Shown here: positions 9,981-19,986 of the stretch, piece after piece
Numbering within the stretch: the stretch's first letter is position 1
Layout: each line of letters opens with the position of its first letter
Assembly (NCBI GenBank): GCA_913065005.1
Contig: CAJYAJ010000003.1
Coordinates: 5,616-69,615, forward strand
Source: an uncultured Verrucomicrobiota bacterium
Lineage (GTDB): Bacteria > Verrucomicrobiota > Kiritimatiellia > Kiritimatiellales > Pontiellaceae
Length of the DNA stretch: 64,000 bases
Reading direction: 5' to 3'
Notes under the pieces: model-generated
What the model was told of the DNA's origin: nothing
The model's database searches: none
Seen by the model: only the letters and a program-made list of their open reading frames with translations
Translations under genes and position numbers: made by a program

Positions 9981-11341
9981 TCGAGATGCGTGAGTCGACC
10001 TTTCCCGATTGAATACACCTCGAATCCAATTTTATGCAACGCGGTATGATCGAGAATATTTCTACCATCAAAAAGAAATGCAGGCTTTTCCATCGCATCA
10101 AAAATGCGCTGATAATCCAATGTTTTATAGACATCCCATTCCGTTAGAATCGCCAATGCATGCGCATCTACTACTGCCTCATACGGATCTTCCTCAAACA
10201 TAATCCCCGTCGCATCTGCTAAATCCTTCTCCGCATTATCCAACGCCTTTGGATCAGAAATCACCACCTGTGCTTGTTCCGACGCCAACTCCTTGCAAAC
10301 AGAAATCGCCGGACTCTCCCGCGTATCACCCGTATCCGCTTTAAAAGCAAACCCGAGCACCGCAATACGTTTGCCCGCGATTGTATTAAACATCGAACTT
10401 AAAATCGTCTTCACAAATCGATTCTGTTGAAACTCATTCATATCTACCACCTGCTGCCAATAAGCCGCCGCTTCATGAAGACCATAGGTTTCACAGAGAT
10501 AGGCTAAATTGAGAATATCTTTCTTAAAGCAAGAGCCGCCAAATCCCACACTCGCTTTTAAAAATTTAGATCCTATCCGGCTATCCGTTCCAATTGCATG
10601 CGCCACCTCTGCCACATTTGCTTCGGTTGCTTCACAAAGTTGCGAAATCGCATTAATCGAACTCACGCGCTGCGCCAAAAACGCATTTGCCGTTAACTTC
10701 GATAATTCAGCCGACCAGACGTTACTAGTGAGGATTCGTTCCCGCGGAATCCAACTGGCATAAATATCTACCAGCGTCTGCAATGCCACTTGTCCCGATT
10801 CAGTTTCATGCCCGCCGATCAAAACTCGATCTGGACTTTCCAAATCAGAGATAGCCGTGCCCTCCGCTAAAAATTCAGGGTTCGACAACACTTCAAAATG
10901 CACCTGCTTATCCCCCGCATGAAGCACCCGCTCCATCGCATCCGCCGTCCGCACAGGCAGTGTACTTTTCTCAACAATAATTTTATCAGACGTCGACACG
11001 TCTTTAATTCGCCTCGCGCACAACTCCCAATACTGAAGATCCGAAGCCCGACCAGCTCCTTCCCCAAAAGTCTTCGTTGGGGTATTCACACTCACAAAAA
11101 CAACATCCGCCGCCCGAATGGCTTCATCTATATCCGTTGAAAAGAATAAGTTACGCCCCCGCGCTTCCTGCACCACTTCCAACAAACCAGGCTCATAAAT
11201 CGGCAATTCATCGCTCTGCCAAGCCGCAATACGCTCGGCATTAATATCCACTACCATCACATCAATCTCTGGGCATTTTTTCGCAATCATCGCCATCGTA
11301 GGTCCCCCCACGTAGCCCGCCCCTATACAACAAATCTTCAT
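9977..11341 (-). CDS. ugd: UDP-glucose 6-dehydrogenase
   Basis: [45 protein letters not shown]; start set to 11341 after SD AGGAG. Confidence 0.95.
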   Translation of the reverse strand: MKICCIGAGYVGGPTMAMIAKKCPEIDVMVVDINAERIAAWQSDELPIYEPGLLEVVQEARGRNLFFSTDIDEAIRAADVVFVSVNTPTKTFGEGAGRASDLQYWELCARRIKDVSTSDKIIVEKSTLPVRTADAMERVLHAGDKQVHFEVLSNPEFLAEGTAISDLESPDRVLIGGHETESGQVALQTLVDIYASWIPRERILTSNVWSAELSKLTANAFLAQRVSSINAISQLCEATEANVAEVAHAIGTDSRIGSKFLKASVGFGGSCFKKDILNLAYLCETYGLHEAAAYWQQVVDMNEFQQNRFVKTILSSMFNTIAGKRIAVLGFAFKADTGDTRESPAISVCKELASEQAQVVISDPKALDNAEKDLADATGIMFEEDPYEAVVDAHALAILTEWDVYKTLDYQRIFDAMEKPAFLFDGRNILDHTALHKIGFEVYSIGKGRLTHLD

Positions 11342-11406
11342 AACAATGCTCCTAACATAAGTCGAGGAAGGTGCCTGATACACAACCAAACTTCAATCGC
11401 AACTTT

Positions 11407-11994
11407 CTAGTAACCCTTCAACAAAGGCAAAACCTTTTTAAACCGCTCATCAGCCGCATCGCCCAGCACCTGTAAAAGAATGGATTCAACGGGCATAACC
11501 CCAACCCCTTTGGCCCGCAACATCTCGAAGGCATAATCCCGATGCTCCGAAATACGCGATGCCGTTGCATCTGCCGCCACCCAGACCTCTCGCCCCTCCG
11601 CTAATAAATCGAGCGCCGTTTGATACACACAAATATGAGCCTCAATGCCAGCCAAAATAATTCTACGCGGATCATATTGATTCAATACATCCTGAAAGGC
11701 AGCAGCCCCACAACAACTAAACGTGGATTTACGAATACAGATTTCCTCTGCTAACTGCGTTCTCAATGGTTCATACGTGACCCCTAATTTTTCAGGCATC
11801 TGCTCTGAAACCACCCTTGGTATATCAAGAATTGACAATCCTCGCGCCAACACATCCACCTGTTTATCAAGCGCAGGACGCTGCGGCATTTGTTCGTGCA
11901 ATCGACCCTGCAGGTCGATAAACACGCCAAGCATGGATCCCTCATCCTTCATCGCTGGCCTCACCATCTCTCGCATCCGGCTCATCCACGACAC
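11407..11994 (-). CDS. Isochorismatase-family (YcaC-like) hydrolase
   Basis: IDLQ, SEQMPEKLG.T, K.TFSC, GIEAHICVYQTALDL; start uncertain (overlaps upstream gene). Confidence 0.85.
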   Translation of the reverse strand: MSWMSRMREMVRPAMKDEGSMLGVFIDLQGRLHEQMPQRPALDKQVDVLARGLSILDIPRVVSEQMPEKLGVTYEPLRTQLAEEICIRKSTFSCCGAAAFQDVLNQYDPRRIILAGIEAHICVYQTALDLLAEGREVWVAADATASRISEHRDYAFEMLRAKGVGVMPVESILLQVLGDAADERFKKVLPLLKGY

Positions 11995-13351
11995 GCCTCG
12001 TTAATCCAAATTTATTCAGTTTTCGATGTAGCGTTCTTCGACTCATCCCCAACTGCTCCGCCGCCAACGTTCGATTGCCTGCGGTTCGATCAAGTGCCTG
12101 TAAAATCATCTCCTTCTCCATCTGATCCACCGTCATCTCCGGCGAAGCCTTCAAAACCGCCTGCCCCATCGATTTTGCCTGCCGAACGTGAGGAGGAATG
12201 TCTTCGACATCCAGCCACTCGCCTCGCGCCAGCACAACCATCCGCTCCACTAAATTACGCAATTCCCGAATATTCCCCGGCCAATCATAAGCCGCCAAAA
12301 CCTCATACGCTTGCGGCGTAAATCCCTTAAATTGACGCTCATTCTCATTCCCAAATTCTTCAAGATAATGATTCAACAACAACAAAACATCATCCCCCCG
12401 CTCACGTAAAGGAGGCAACGTAATCACCACCACAAATAACCGATAGAACAAATCTTCTCGGAAATCCCCTTGCGCCACCATCTCTTGCAAATCCCGATTG
12501 GTTGCGGCAATTAATCGCGCATCCACATCCACCGCCTGATCGCTCCCCACACGCTCAATCTGCCGCTCTTCCAACGCTCGCAATATTTTAACCTGAACCG
12601 AGGCATTAATTTCACTAATCTCATCCAAAAACAGAGACCCCCCCGTTGCTTTCTCAAACCGGCCCACCCGCCGCTCAACCGCACCCGTAAACGCACCCTT
12701 CTCATGCCCAAATAATTCACTCTCCAACAAATTCTCAGCTAACGCCGCACAATGCACCGGAACAAATGGCGCACTCTTTCTCGCACTCAACTGATGAATC
12801 GCCTTCGCCACCAATTCTTTACCGGTTCCACTCTCGCCCTGAATCAAAACCGTTGCCCTCGACTGTGCCACCTGCCGAATCGTCTCAAACACCGACTGCA
12901 TCGGCGCCGAATGCCCAATCATATTCTCCATACCATAACGCACATCCAGCTGCGCCTTCAGCGCTGCATTCTCCTGCTCGAGATTACGTGATTGCAAACA
13001 CCGCTTCACAACCAATTCTAATTTATCCAAGTGCAACGGCTTCGTCATAAAGTCCGTAGCACCCCGCTGCATCGCCTGAACCGCCAGCTCCACATCTCCA
13101 TAGGCCGTTAAAATAATAACCACCAAACCCGGATGTTGCCGCTGCGCCTCCTCCATCAACGTCAACCCATCCATGCCCGGCATCCGCACATCGCTCAACA
13201 TCACATCCACCGCCCGAGTCTTCAACAGCTCCAAAGCAGCCGAGCCGCTCTCGACCGCCAGTACATGATAATCGCGCTTAAAGAGCCGCACCAACCCATC
13301 CCGTGCACTCCGTTCATCATCGACAATTAATAGTGTTGATTTAGGCATCAT
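11942..13351 (-). CDS. Sigma54-dependent response regulator (NtrC/AtoC family)
   Basis: REC domain (LIVDDE, DVRMPGMDG), GESGTGKE, ESELFGHEKGAFTGA, WPGNIREL, Fis HTH. Confidence 0.95.
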   Translation of the reverse strand: MMPKSTLLIVDDERSARDGLVRLFKRDYHVLAVESGSAALELLKTRAVDVMLSDVRMPGMDGLTLMEEAQRQHPGLVVIILTAYGDVELAVQAMQRGATDFMTKPLHLDKLELVVKRCLQSRNLEQENAALKAQLDVRYGMENMIGHSAPMQSVFETIRQVAQSRATVLIQGESGTGKELVAKAIHQLSARKSAPFVPVHCAALAENLLESELFGHEKGAFTGAVERRVGRFEKATGGSLFLDEISEINASVQVKILRALEERQIERVGSDQAVDVDARLIAATNRDLQEMVAQGDFREDLFYRLFVVVITLPPLRERGDDVLLLLNHYLEEFGNENERQFKGFTPQAYEVLAAYDWPGNIRELRNLVERMVVLARGEWLDVEDIPPHVRQAKSMGQAVLKASPEMTVDQMEKEMILQALDRTAGNRTLAAEQLGMSRRTLHRKLNKFGLTRRVVDEPDARDGEASDEG

Positions 13352-14525
13352 CTTCTCCTGCTTGCGGCGCATCCAACTGAGTCAAACGCGCATCCTCACG
13401 TGGAAAGCGCAAAATGAAACGCGTTCCTTTTCCCGGTTCAGAATTAATGGAAATTTCTCCCCCATGATCCCGCATGATTCGTTGCACAATCATCATCCCC
13501 AAGCCAGTTCCCTCACTCTTGGTCGTATGATACGGCTCATAGATCGCACTCAGCTTTTCCGAATCCATACCACATCCATTATCCTCAATCGCCATCCAAG
13601 CAAACCGATCACTCACGCCCGACTCCAATTCCAGAATCCCCCCATCATCCATCGCCTGAAGCGCATTCTTCACCACATTAAAAAACACCTGCTTCACCTG
13701 CACCTCATCAACCAACACCGCAGGCACCTCCCCCGCATACGTTCGCTCAACCAAAATACGCCGATCTTCCATTTCATGCCGCAATACCTCGACCGTCTCC
13801 TCCATCAACACCTTCAATCGATGCGGCTTCCGATCAGGCATGCTTGGGCGCAGGGCCTTCAAGAATTGACGAATAATTGCATCCAACCGTGAAACTTCCC
13901 GCCGCGAAACATCCACTAACTCCACCAGATCATCTCGCACCGCTTGATCTTCTAACGCATCCATCTCCCGCTTCAACAAATGCAAATGAATATGAATCGA
14001 ATTAAGCGGATTCCCTATCTCATGCGCCACCCCTGCCGCCAACAAACTCAACGCATGCAACCGCTCAGATTCAACCGACTCCGCCGTTGTTTCCCGTTCA
14101 CGCGTCACATCCCGCAAAATAACTACTGCACCATCTTCACTCTCTTCCACCGCCGCAAGCGGCACCACATAAAATTCCAAAAACCGGTGCTGCGGATAGG
14201 TGATTTCTATCTCCCGACGTGCCAACTGGCTCCACTCCATCTCATCCAGATCCAACACCCGATCCCACTGAATCTCTTTCAGATAGCGCGCAATCGGCGT
14301 CCCCATCGCCTCGCTCTCCGAAAATCCCAGAAATCGTTCCGCCGCTCGATTCGCAAAACTCATTCGCGCCTGCGCATCCAATACAATGATCCCCTCAGCT
14401 AAGGCTTGGAAAATAGTCTCCATCAGACCCTTTTCTTGAGCTAAACGCAAAAAGTAGCTCTGCAAACTACCCTTGTCTAAGTGGTCAAGTCGGTTGACTA
14501 ATCGATCAAAAAATCCTGCTTTCAT
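13341..14525 (-). CDS. PAS-containing sensor histidine kinase (NtrB-like)
   Basis: AHEIGNPL H-box, NALQAM, DNGCG, GTGLG; overlaps the cognate regulator. Confidence 0.93.
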   Translation of the reverse strand: MKAGFFDRLVNRLDHLDKGSLQSYFLRLAQEKGLMETIFQALAEGIIVLDAQARMSFANRAAERFLGFSESEAMGTPIARYLKEIQWDRVLDLDEMEWSQLARREIEITYPQHRFLEFYVVPLAAVEESEDGAVVILRDVTRERETTAESVESERLHALSLLAAGVAHEIGNPLNSIHIHLHLLKREMDALEDQAVRDDLVELVDVSRREVSRLDAIIRQFLKALRPSMPDRKPHRLKVLMEETVEVLRHEMEDRRILVERTYAGEVPAVLVDEVQVKQVFFNVVKNALQAMDDGGILELESGVSDRFAWMAIEDNGCGMDSEKLSAIYEPYHTTKSEGTGLGMMIVQRIMRDHGGEISINSEPGKGTRFILRFPREDARLTQLDAPQAGEDDA

Positions 14526-14531
14526 GGCCAA

Positions 14532-14560
14532 AATGTGCCATAAAGGCACACTTTTAGCAA
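14532..14560 (-). promoter_or_regulatory. Putative sigma70 promoter, leaderless geometry
   Basis: TTGCTA-17-(TGG)CACATT-6-ATG on the minus strand, no SD. Confidence 0.45.
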
Positions 14561-14596
14561 CCTCAAGGATTTATAAAAAACGAGCGCCATTCCGGC

Positions 14597-16366
14597 TCAC
14601 TTGACCGGAGGAATTCCACTCTTCCAAAACCGCCGAGGCAACAAACCCATCAAACAGATAGCCACCTGGGAAAGACAAAAAACCAACAGCCAAAAACTCG
14701 CCGAATCCGTAAATCCATATGAATGCAGGCCAATACTCAACTGATTCACCCCAAACCACGACCAAGCCGTCACCACATTGCCAAACACCGCCATCACCGC
14801 AAACCCACGCGTCGCGACCAACCGACCCCAGCGCGCATGCAACATAATCGCGCACCACGTCACAATCAACAAAGCCCCATTCTCCTTCGGATCCCAACCC
14901 CAGAAGCGACCCCAAGAATCATCCGCCCAAAGTCCACCCAAAACCGTTCCCACGAAACTTAACAACAGAGCAAACGCCGTCGTTCCATACAAAATCCGAT
15001 CCATCTCTTTCACTGTTGTCTCATCCAACCGCCGTGAAGCAAGGCCCACCAAAATATAAAAGATACCAGCCACCCCAGCTATAAAAGTAGCCATATAGCC
15101 AAGCGTGATCGTTGTCACATGTGTTGCCAGCCAAAAACGCGTATCCAAAACAGCCCGCATCTGCTCAAGGGTATCACCTTCTCCCGCAAGAAAATGGGCA
15201 ATTAGCAATGTGAGAAATCCCGTAATACCTCCCACCAAAGAGCCCATACCACTCGGCCTCTTCTTAAAACTTCCCTCTAAAAGAATCCCCATAATCACGG
15301 CACCCCAGCCGATAAAAATAGCCGACGAATACAGATTGGTAACCGGTGGATAACCCGAAAGTAAACTACGCGCAATTAACGCCAATGTGTGCGGAACCGC
15401 CGTCCAAACCAACAACCGTCTCGCCCAATAAAGCAACCCCTCCCGCCGCAATAACCAACCTACGCAACTCAGCAACGCCACGATCAAATAGAGCGCAGCC
15501 GATTTTACAAATGCATTAATCCGATTAAACGCCACCTCAAATCGAAGATACTTCAAAAGGTCAGGCGCCTCTCGTTCCATAGTCAACTGATACCCCGTCA
15601 AGGCATCTCGAAAATGAGTAGGCTCTTCCAGTGCATATGCCGCCAACAACGAGCCCCACCGCAACGCCAGCGGATGCACCTCAATCTGGTTCTCTTCCGC
15701 CAACGCCTGCATCGCAGGATGGGCCGCGCTCAACGAACTCATCAACGGCCGCCAACCCGCCCCCTCCTGCAAGGGCGGCACCACGAGCGGAATCGAGCGC
15801 TTCTCCAAATCCATATAACGCTGAATAGCTGGAAACAGCTGATCAGCTGGAATCAATCTAGGGTCTTCAAACGCCGAGAGTGATATCTGGAAAAGAGCCA
15901 ATCGGTTAGCGAGCTTGATCGCCTCTCGATCATACAAATCCCGATCGCGACTATCTTTCTTCCCCGCCGCCTGCGCCGCCTTCTCCAGCGCCGGCAGAGC
16001 GGGCATCAACTCCCGATAGCTATACCGAAAACGCGAACGCTTCTCCAAACCAAGTTGATGCAACAAATCCAACTGCGTAATCCGAAGCACGCGATGATCC
16101 AACGCCGCCTCTCGACCCGCCAATGCATCCAGCAACCATTCATTAGCCGACAACCGTTCCCCCGCCTCGGTGCGCAATGAGCTTTTTCCTGAAAGAACCG
16201 TCAGCAGATTCCGTGCAAATGTATCCACAGGCTTCCGGCGCCCCTCGTCCATCATCGGTAAATGTGCAAACGCATCGATATCATACGCACTCGACTCCGG
16301 TCGCAATCCCGCCGCAAAAAAGAGTACAAAAAGCAGTAACGCAACGCCTCTTATCACCCGCTTCAT
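14597..16366 (-). CDS. ccsA: Cytochrome c biogenesis system II heme-delivery protein CcsA/ResC
   Basis: WWD motif WADDSWGRFWGWDPKE, HV...TLGY, GLHSYG; ATGA overlap with resB-like gene. Confidence 0.92.
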   Translation of the reverse strand: MKRVIRGVALLLFVLFFAAGLRPESSAYDIDAFAHLPMMDEGRRKPVDTFARNLLTVLSGKSSLRTEAGERLSANEWLLDALAGREAALDHRVLRITQLDLLHQLGLEKRSRFRYSYRELMPALPALEKAAQAAGKKDSRDRDLYDREAIKLANRLALFQISLSAFEDPRLIPADQLFPAIQRYMDLEKRSIPLVVPPLQEGAGWRPLMSSLSAAHPAMQALAEENQIEVHPLALRWGSLLAAYALEEPTHFRDALTGYQLTMEREAPDLLKYLRFEVAFNRINAFVKSAALYLIVALLSCVGWLLRREGLLYWARRLLVWTAVPHTLALIARSLLSGYPPVTNLYSSAIFIGWGAVIMGILLEGSFKKRPSGMGSLVGGITGFLTLLIAHFLAGEGDTLEQMRAVLDTRFWLATHVTTITLGYMATFIAGVAGIFYILVGLASRRLDETTVKEMDRILYGTTAFALLLSFVGTVLGGLWADDSWGRFWGWDPKENGALLIVTWCAIMLHARWGRLVATRGFAVMAVFGNVVTAWSWFGVNQLSIGLHSYGFTDSASFWLLVFCLSQVAICLMGLLPRRFWKSGIPPVK

Positions 16367-17793
16367 GCCGCCTCCCGCTTTCGCATTCGCTTCAGCGACA
16401 ACCCAAACTGCGCCGCCATCCCGATAAAGACGATCATGCACGACAAATACGGAATCATCCACGAATCATTCCGAACCACCTGTAAAACCGTTCCCTCATC
16501 CTCCGGCAAATACCCACTCTGATAAAATGTCCGCTTCGCGTAGCGAAGTGGATTATTCATCCAAATACGTAAATTACGATCAATTCCATCGCCCTCATTC
16601 ACCAACCGAATTTCACTACTGAAATCTTTCGGCGTCTGTGTTCCCTCATACCGTTCATGCACAAAATCAAGCAACGTCACCGCATAGGGCGCACCCGACT
16701 CAGAAAGCGCCGGCTCTCTCCGATTACGAAAATAGAGCTCATATTCCCGCCCCTCATAACGCACCGTTGTCGGCATATCCCATATCTGGTTCACGAAATT
16801 AGGATAGAACCAAATACTCAACAGATAGCGCCCCAACGACGCTCCACTTCTTCGATCCAGCAACTCCACATCAACCGCCGGTGCATTTCGCTCACCCGTC
16901 GCCCCGCTCACCTCGCGCGAACGTGCCACATACAAACGCTCCCCATATCCCGCGTAGGTTGGATATGCCTCCCGCACCCCCTCAGAAACAGAATCCAATG
17001 GAACCGGCCGATTGGAATGGGTCATCCGCGCATGCACCTTCAAATCAAAAGGCAACGCCCCCACCGAAACCACCTTCCCCGGTTTCAAAAGCGACTGAGG
17101 AATGGTTGTAACTCGATCCACCTCCTCATCACTCGTATCGGTCAACGCTAACTCAAACTGCTGCGATCGATCAAAAAAAGTCGCCGTCTCGCCTTCTCGA
17201 ATCGTCATCGTTGCTTCAACCGCAAAAATCGCCGTAAAAAACTCCCCCACCAACAATAATAAAATACCCGCATGCAACAACACCATGCCCGCTCGCTGTT
17301 TATATAAAACCCAACACGCCGCAAATAATACCGCCCCCGCAAGCGTACCCCGACCCAACCGGAAAAAGACCCGCCAGAAAGCATCGTTTTCAGTAGCAGC
17401 CACCGGCGCCATTCCCCAGCCCAACACCACCCCCACCGTGATCAGCAACCCCAATAACAGCAAGCCATAGCCCACCCACAAGCGACGCCCTTTCACTAAC
17501 ACCTTAAACGTAGAAGAATGCACCGCCACCAAATTCAGCGAAAGCAACGACCCCAATAAAAACCCGCCCGGGAACGGGAGGACAACCGCCGGAACCGACA
17601 CCGAATTCGGAAAAAAAACAGACCACTCAATCCAAGCAATCCAACACCGGAAATACTGATCCATGACCGTCCAAATTCCCTTATCCACCTGCGCCAACGT
17701 ACCCGCAAAGATAAGAACCATACTCAACACCAGCAACGTCACCGTCAGCTTTAAAGATAGGAAAAGATCAACCAACCGTCTCATCATGCCCAC
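16363..17793 (-). CDS. Cytochrome c biogenesis protein ResB/CcsB-like
   Basis: SLKLTV.LL...GTLAQ, TM His (LLHAG), PKDFSSE, IWMNNPLRY..FYQSG; directly upstream of ccsA. Confidence 0.85.
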   Translation of the reverse strand: MGMMRRLVDLFLSLKLTVTLLVLSMVLIFAGTLAQVDKGIWTVMDQYFRCWIAWIEWSVFFPNSVSVPAVVLPFPGGFLLGSLLSLNLVAVHSSTFKVLVKGRRLWVGYGLLLLGLLITVGVVLGWGMAPVAATENDAFWRVFFRLGRGTLAGAVLFAACWVLYKQRAGMVLLHAGILLLLVGEFFTAIFAVEATMTIREGETATFFDRSQQFELALTDTSDEEVDRVTTIPQSLLKPGKVVSVGALPFDLKVHARMTHSNRPVPLDSVSEGVREAYPTYAGYGERLYVARSREVSGATGERNAPAVDVELLDRRSGASLGRYLLSIWFYPNFVNQIWDMPTTVRYEGREYELYFRNRREPALSESGAPYAVTLLDFVHERYEGTQTPKDFSSEIRLVNEGDGIDRNLRIWMNNPLRYAKRTFYQSGYLPEDEGTVLQVVRNDSWMIPYLSCMIVFIGMAAQFGLSLKRMRKREAA

Positions 17794-18333
17794 TTACTTA
17801 AAACGAATCGAATTAATGAATCGCTGAATATCCGCGCTATGCGCCCTCAACTCACTCACAGAACCCTTCGCCGTGAAATACCAATACGTAGACGCTTCAT
17901 CAATAATCGCCGCCAAAATTCCTTTATCCACATCCGGATTATACAACTCGACATACGCCACCGGAACCCCACTCGCCGTCAGCGGTTTCACACGCGCCGC
18001 AATCGCCTCAGCCGATGCTTCCGCAAGACCAATCTGACCTCGCCACCGATTCACATTACTCGTCAAATCACCCATACCCAACTTGATCGCATAAAAATCA
18101 ATTTCGGTACCCTCGATCTGGTAACTCACCACCCGCATGCCCTGCCCCGGAAGCTCCTTCCAGCTCGCCGGCACATCCGCCTCAAACCCCAGCCGCAACG
18201 GCGCCTCTACCAGCTTCACAGGCTCTCGAACCAGCGGCACCTGCTTCGGCACCTCATACGTCTGCACCTGCTCCTCTCCGCAACCGCCTCCCAAGCCAAT
18301 GAGCAATCCCGCCCCGATTAATCGCATCTTCAT
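17794..18333 (-). CDS. Conserved-looking lipoprotein co-operonic with resB-ccsA
   Basis: Lipobox-like GGGC, P.SW....GMR, NVNRWRGQIGL; abuts resB. Confidence 0.7.
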   Translation of the reverse strand: MKMRLIGAGLLIGLGGGCGEEQVQTYEVPKQVPLVREPVKLVEAPLRLGFEADVPASWKELPGQGMRVVSYQIEGTEIDFYAIKLGMGDLTSNVNRWRGQIGLAEASAEAIAARVKPLTASGVPVAYVELYNPDVDKGILAAIIDEASTYWYFTAKGSVSELRAHSADIQRFINSIRFK

Positions 18334-18498
18334 CTCTTCGCTCCCAAACGCATATACTCTCCACTAAAGAATCGAAACATCGCCTATTAACTTGCAATGA
18401 AAACGCAATAGATACGAAAGGAATCGAATAAAAAAGACGCTAGATTGCATCGCCAACGAATAATGGCTTTGCTCTACTGATTCAGCGAGAGAAAACAA

Positions 18499-19986
18499 AT
18501 GAATAAACAGAAAACCCAAACTGGCATGCACATCAACCTTTTCCTAGAAGAGCGTCGCTGTCTTGTCATCGGAGGCGGAAAAGTCGCTTTTCATAAAACC
18601 GAGCTCCTTCTCGAAGCGCAGGCAATCGTCCACGTCATCAGCCCCGAATTAACCGATGAGTTTAAACGCCTTGTCCAACTCAACCTCGTAACCTACGAGC
18701 CCCGCGAATTCGAACCCACCGATGCCACCGATGCCACCATCGTCTATGCCGCCACCAACAGCCGCGGCGCCAACCGCGCCATTCTAAACGCCTGTCGCGA
18801 AAAACATATTCTCTGCTGCTGCGTGGATGGCAACTGGTCCAACGGCGACTTCACCACCCCCGCCATCACCCGCCACAATCAACTCATGGTCTCCATCTCC
18901 TCCGGAGGCACCAACTGCCGACAATCCAAACTCGTAAAAAATAGCCTAGGCCGTCACCTCGAAATGCTCGACGCCGCCAACCTCATCATCGTCGGCACCG
19001 ATCACCATCACCTCGCGCTAGAAGAACGCGAACCCTTTCACCTAACCGGCGACCGCTACGAACGCGCCGGCTTTATGCTAATGCAACTCTGGGGCATACA
19101 TGAATTCCTCCTCCTCAACACCTGCAACCGAGTTGAAATTATCGCCGTCGTCGCCTCCGAAACGGCCCAAAACGGCATTCTTCCTCACAGCATGGGATTC
19201 TCCTCCATCAAAGAGAATAAATATTACATGAAGACCGGAGAAAAAGCCTTTGAGCATCTCTGCCTCGTCACCGCCGGCATGCTCTCGCAAACCCCCGGAG
19301 AAAACCACATCACCGCGCAAATCAAAGACGCCCTCGAAACCGCCAAAAACCGCGGCTGGGCAGGCAATATGCTTCAAGAATGGATCTCCTCCGCCCTCTT
19401 CATCTCCAAAGAAATTAAGAACGAAACCAGCACCAAGCTCGAAACCGAAGAGATCGAAGCAATCGCCCTTCGCTACCTTGCCGCCAAAGCCGAAAATATA
19501 AACGCCATCATGATTATCGGAACCGGACTCCTCGGCAAAGGCCTCGTCGAAGAGAGCACGCGTGTCTACAAAAAAACAATCTGGTGCTATCACCGCAACC
19601 GCCCCGATCTCAACCCCGAATGGCAAAACTGCGTCGAGCTCATCAGCTTCAACGAAATCAAAAACCGCCTCGGCGAAGTGAATCTCATCGTCAGTGCCGC
19701 CAACGCGAACGGCTACATCCTCACCACCGCCCACGCCCCCTTCTTCGATCTAGAGAACAGCACGCATATAGTTGATTTAAGCATGCCCCGCACCATAGAC
19801 CCCGACCTACAAACCATCTCTGCCGACATTCAAGTCCTCGATCTCGACGGCATTAAAAACTGGAATCGACAAGGGCTTTGCCACTTCTATGACTTTCTTT
19901 CAAGCAGCCGTGAAATCACCGCCAACCACATGCATCTCTATGAAAAGATCACCCACAACTTTCAAGGTTGGAACCCGTCCGAGTAA
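18499..19986 (+). CDS. hemA: Fusion: precorrin-2 dehydrogenase/siroheme synthase N-domain (SirC/CysG-B-like) + glutamyl-tRNA reductase
   Basis: N-terminus CLVIGGGKVA..K, DFTTPA, ISSGG; C-terminus LNTCNRVE, GENHITAQIK, IIGTG, DLSMPRTIDP. Confidence 0.85.
   Translation: MNKQKTQTGMHINLFLEERRCLVIGGGKVAFHKTELLLEAQAIVHVISPELTDEFKRLVQLNLVTYEPREFEPTDATDATIVYAATNSRGANRAILNACREKHILCCCVDGNWSNGDFTTPAITRHNQLMVSISSGGTNCRQSKLVKNSLGRHLEMLDAANLIIVGTDHHHLALEEREPFHLTGDRYERAGFMLMQLWGIHEFLLLNTCNRVEIIAVVASETAQNGILPHSMGFSSIKENKYYMKTGEKAFEHLCLVTAGMLSQTPGENHITAQIKDALETAKNRGWAGNMLQEWISSALFISKEIKNETSTKLETEEIEAIALRYLAAKAENINAIMIIGTGLLGKGLVEESTRVYKKTIWCYHRNRPDLNPEWQNCVELISFNEIKNRLGEVNLIVSAANANGYILTTAHAPFFDLENSTHIVDLSMPRTIDPDLQTISADIQVLDLDGIKNWNRQGLCHFYDFLSSSREITANHMHLYEKITHNFQGWNPSE

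Noticed and set aside
14544-14559. Sigma54-like AGGCAC-N5-TAGCA on the plus strand
   Set aside because: It points antisense into ccsA with no gene to drive; the same bases are better explained as the minus-strand sigma70-type promoter.
19889-19986. Programmed frameshift joining SirC-HemA to HemC-CobA-HemD
   Set aside because: The overlap exists, but I see no convincing slippery site or stimulatory structure, and an ATG at 19940 sits right before the HemC N-terminal motif.
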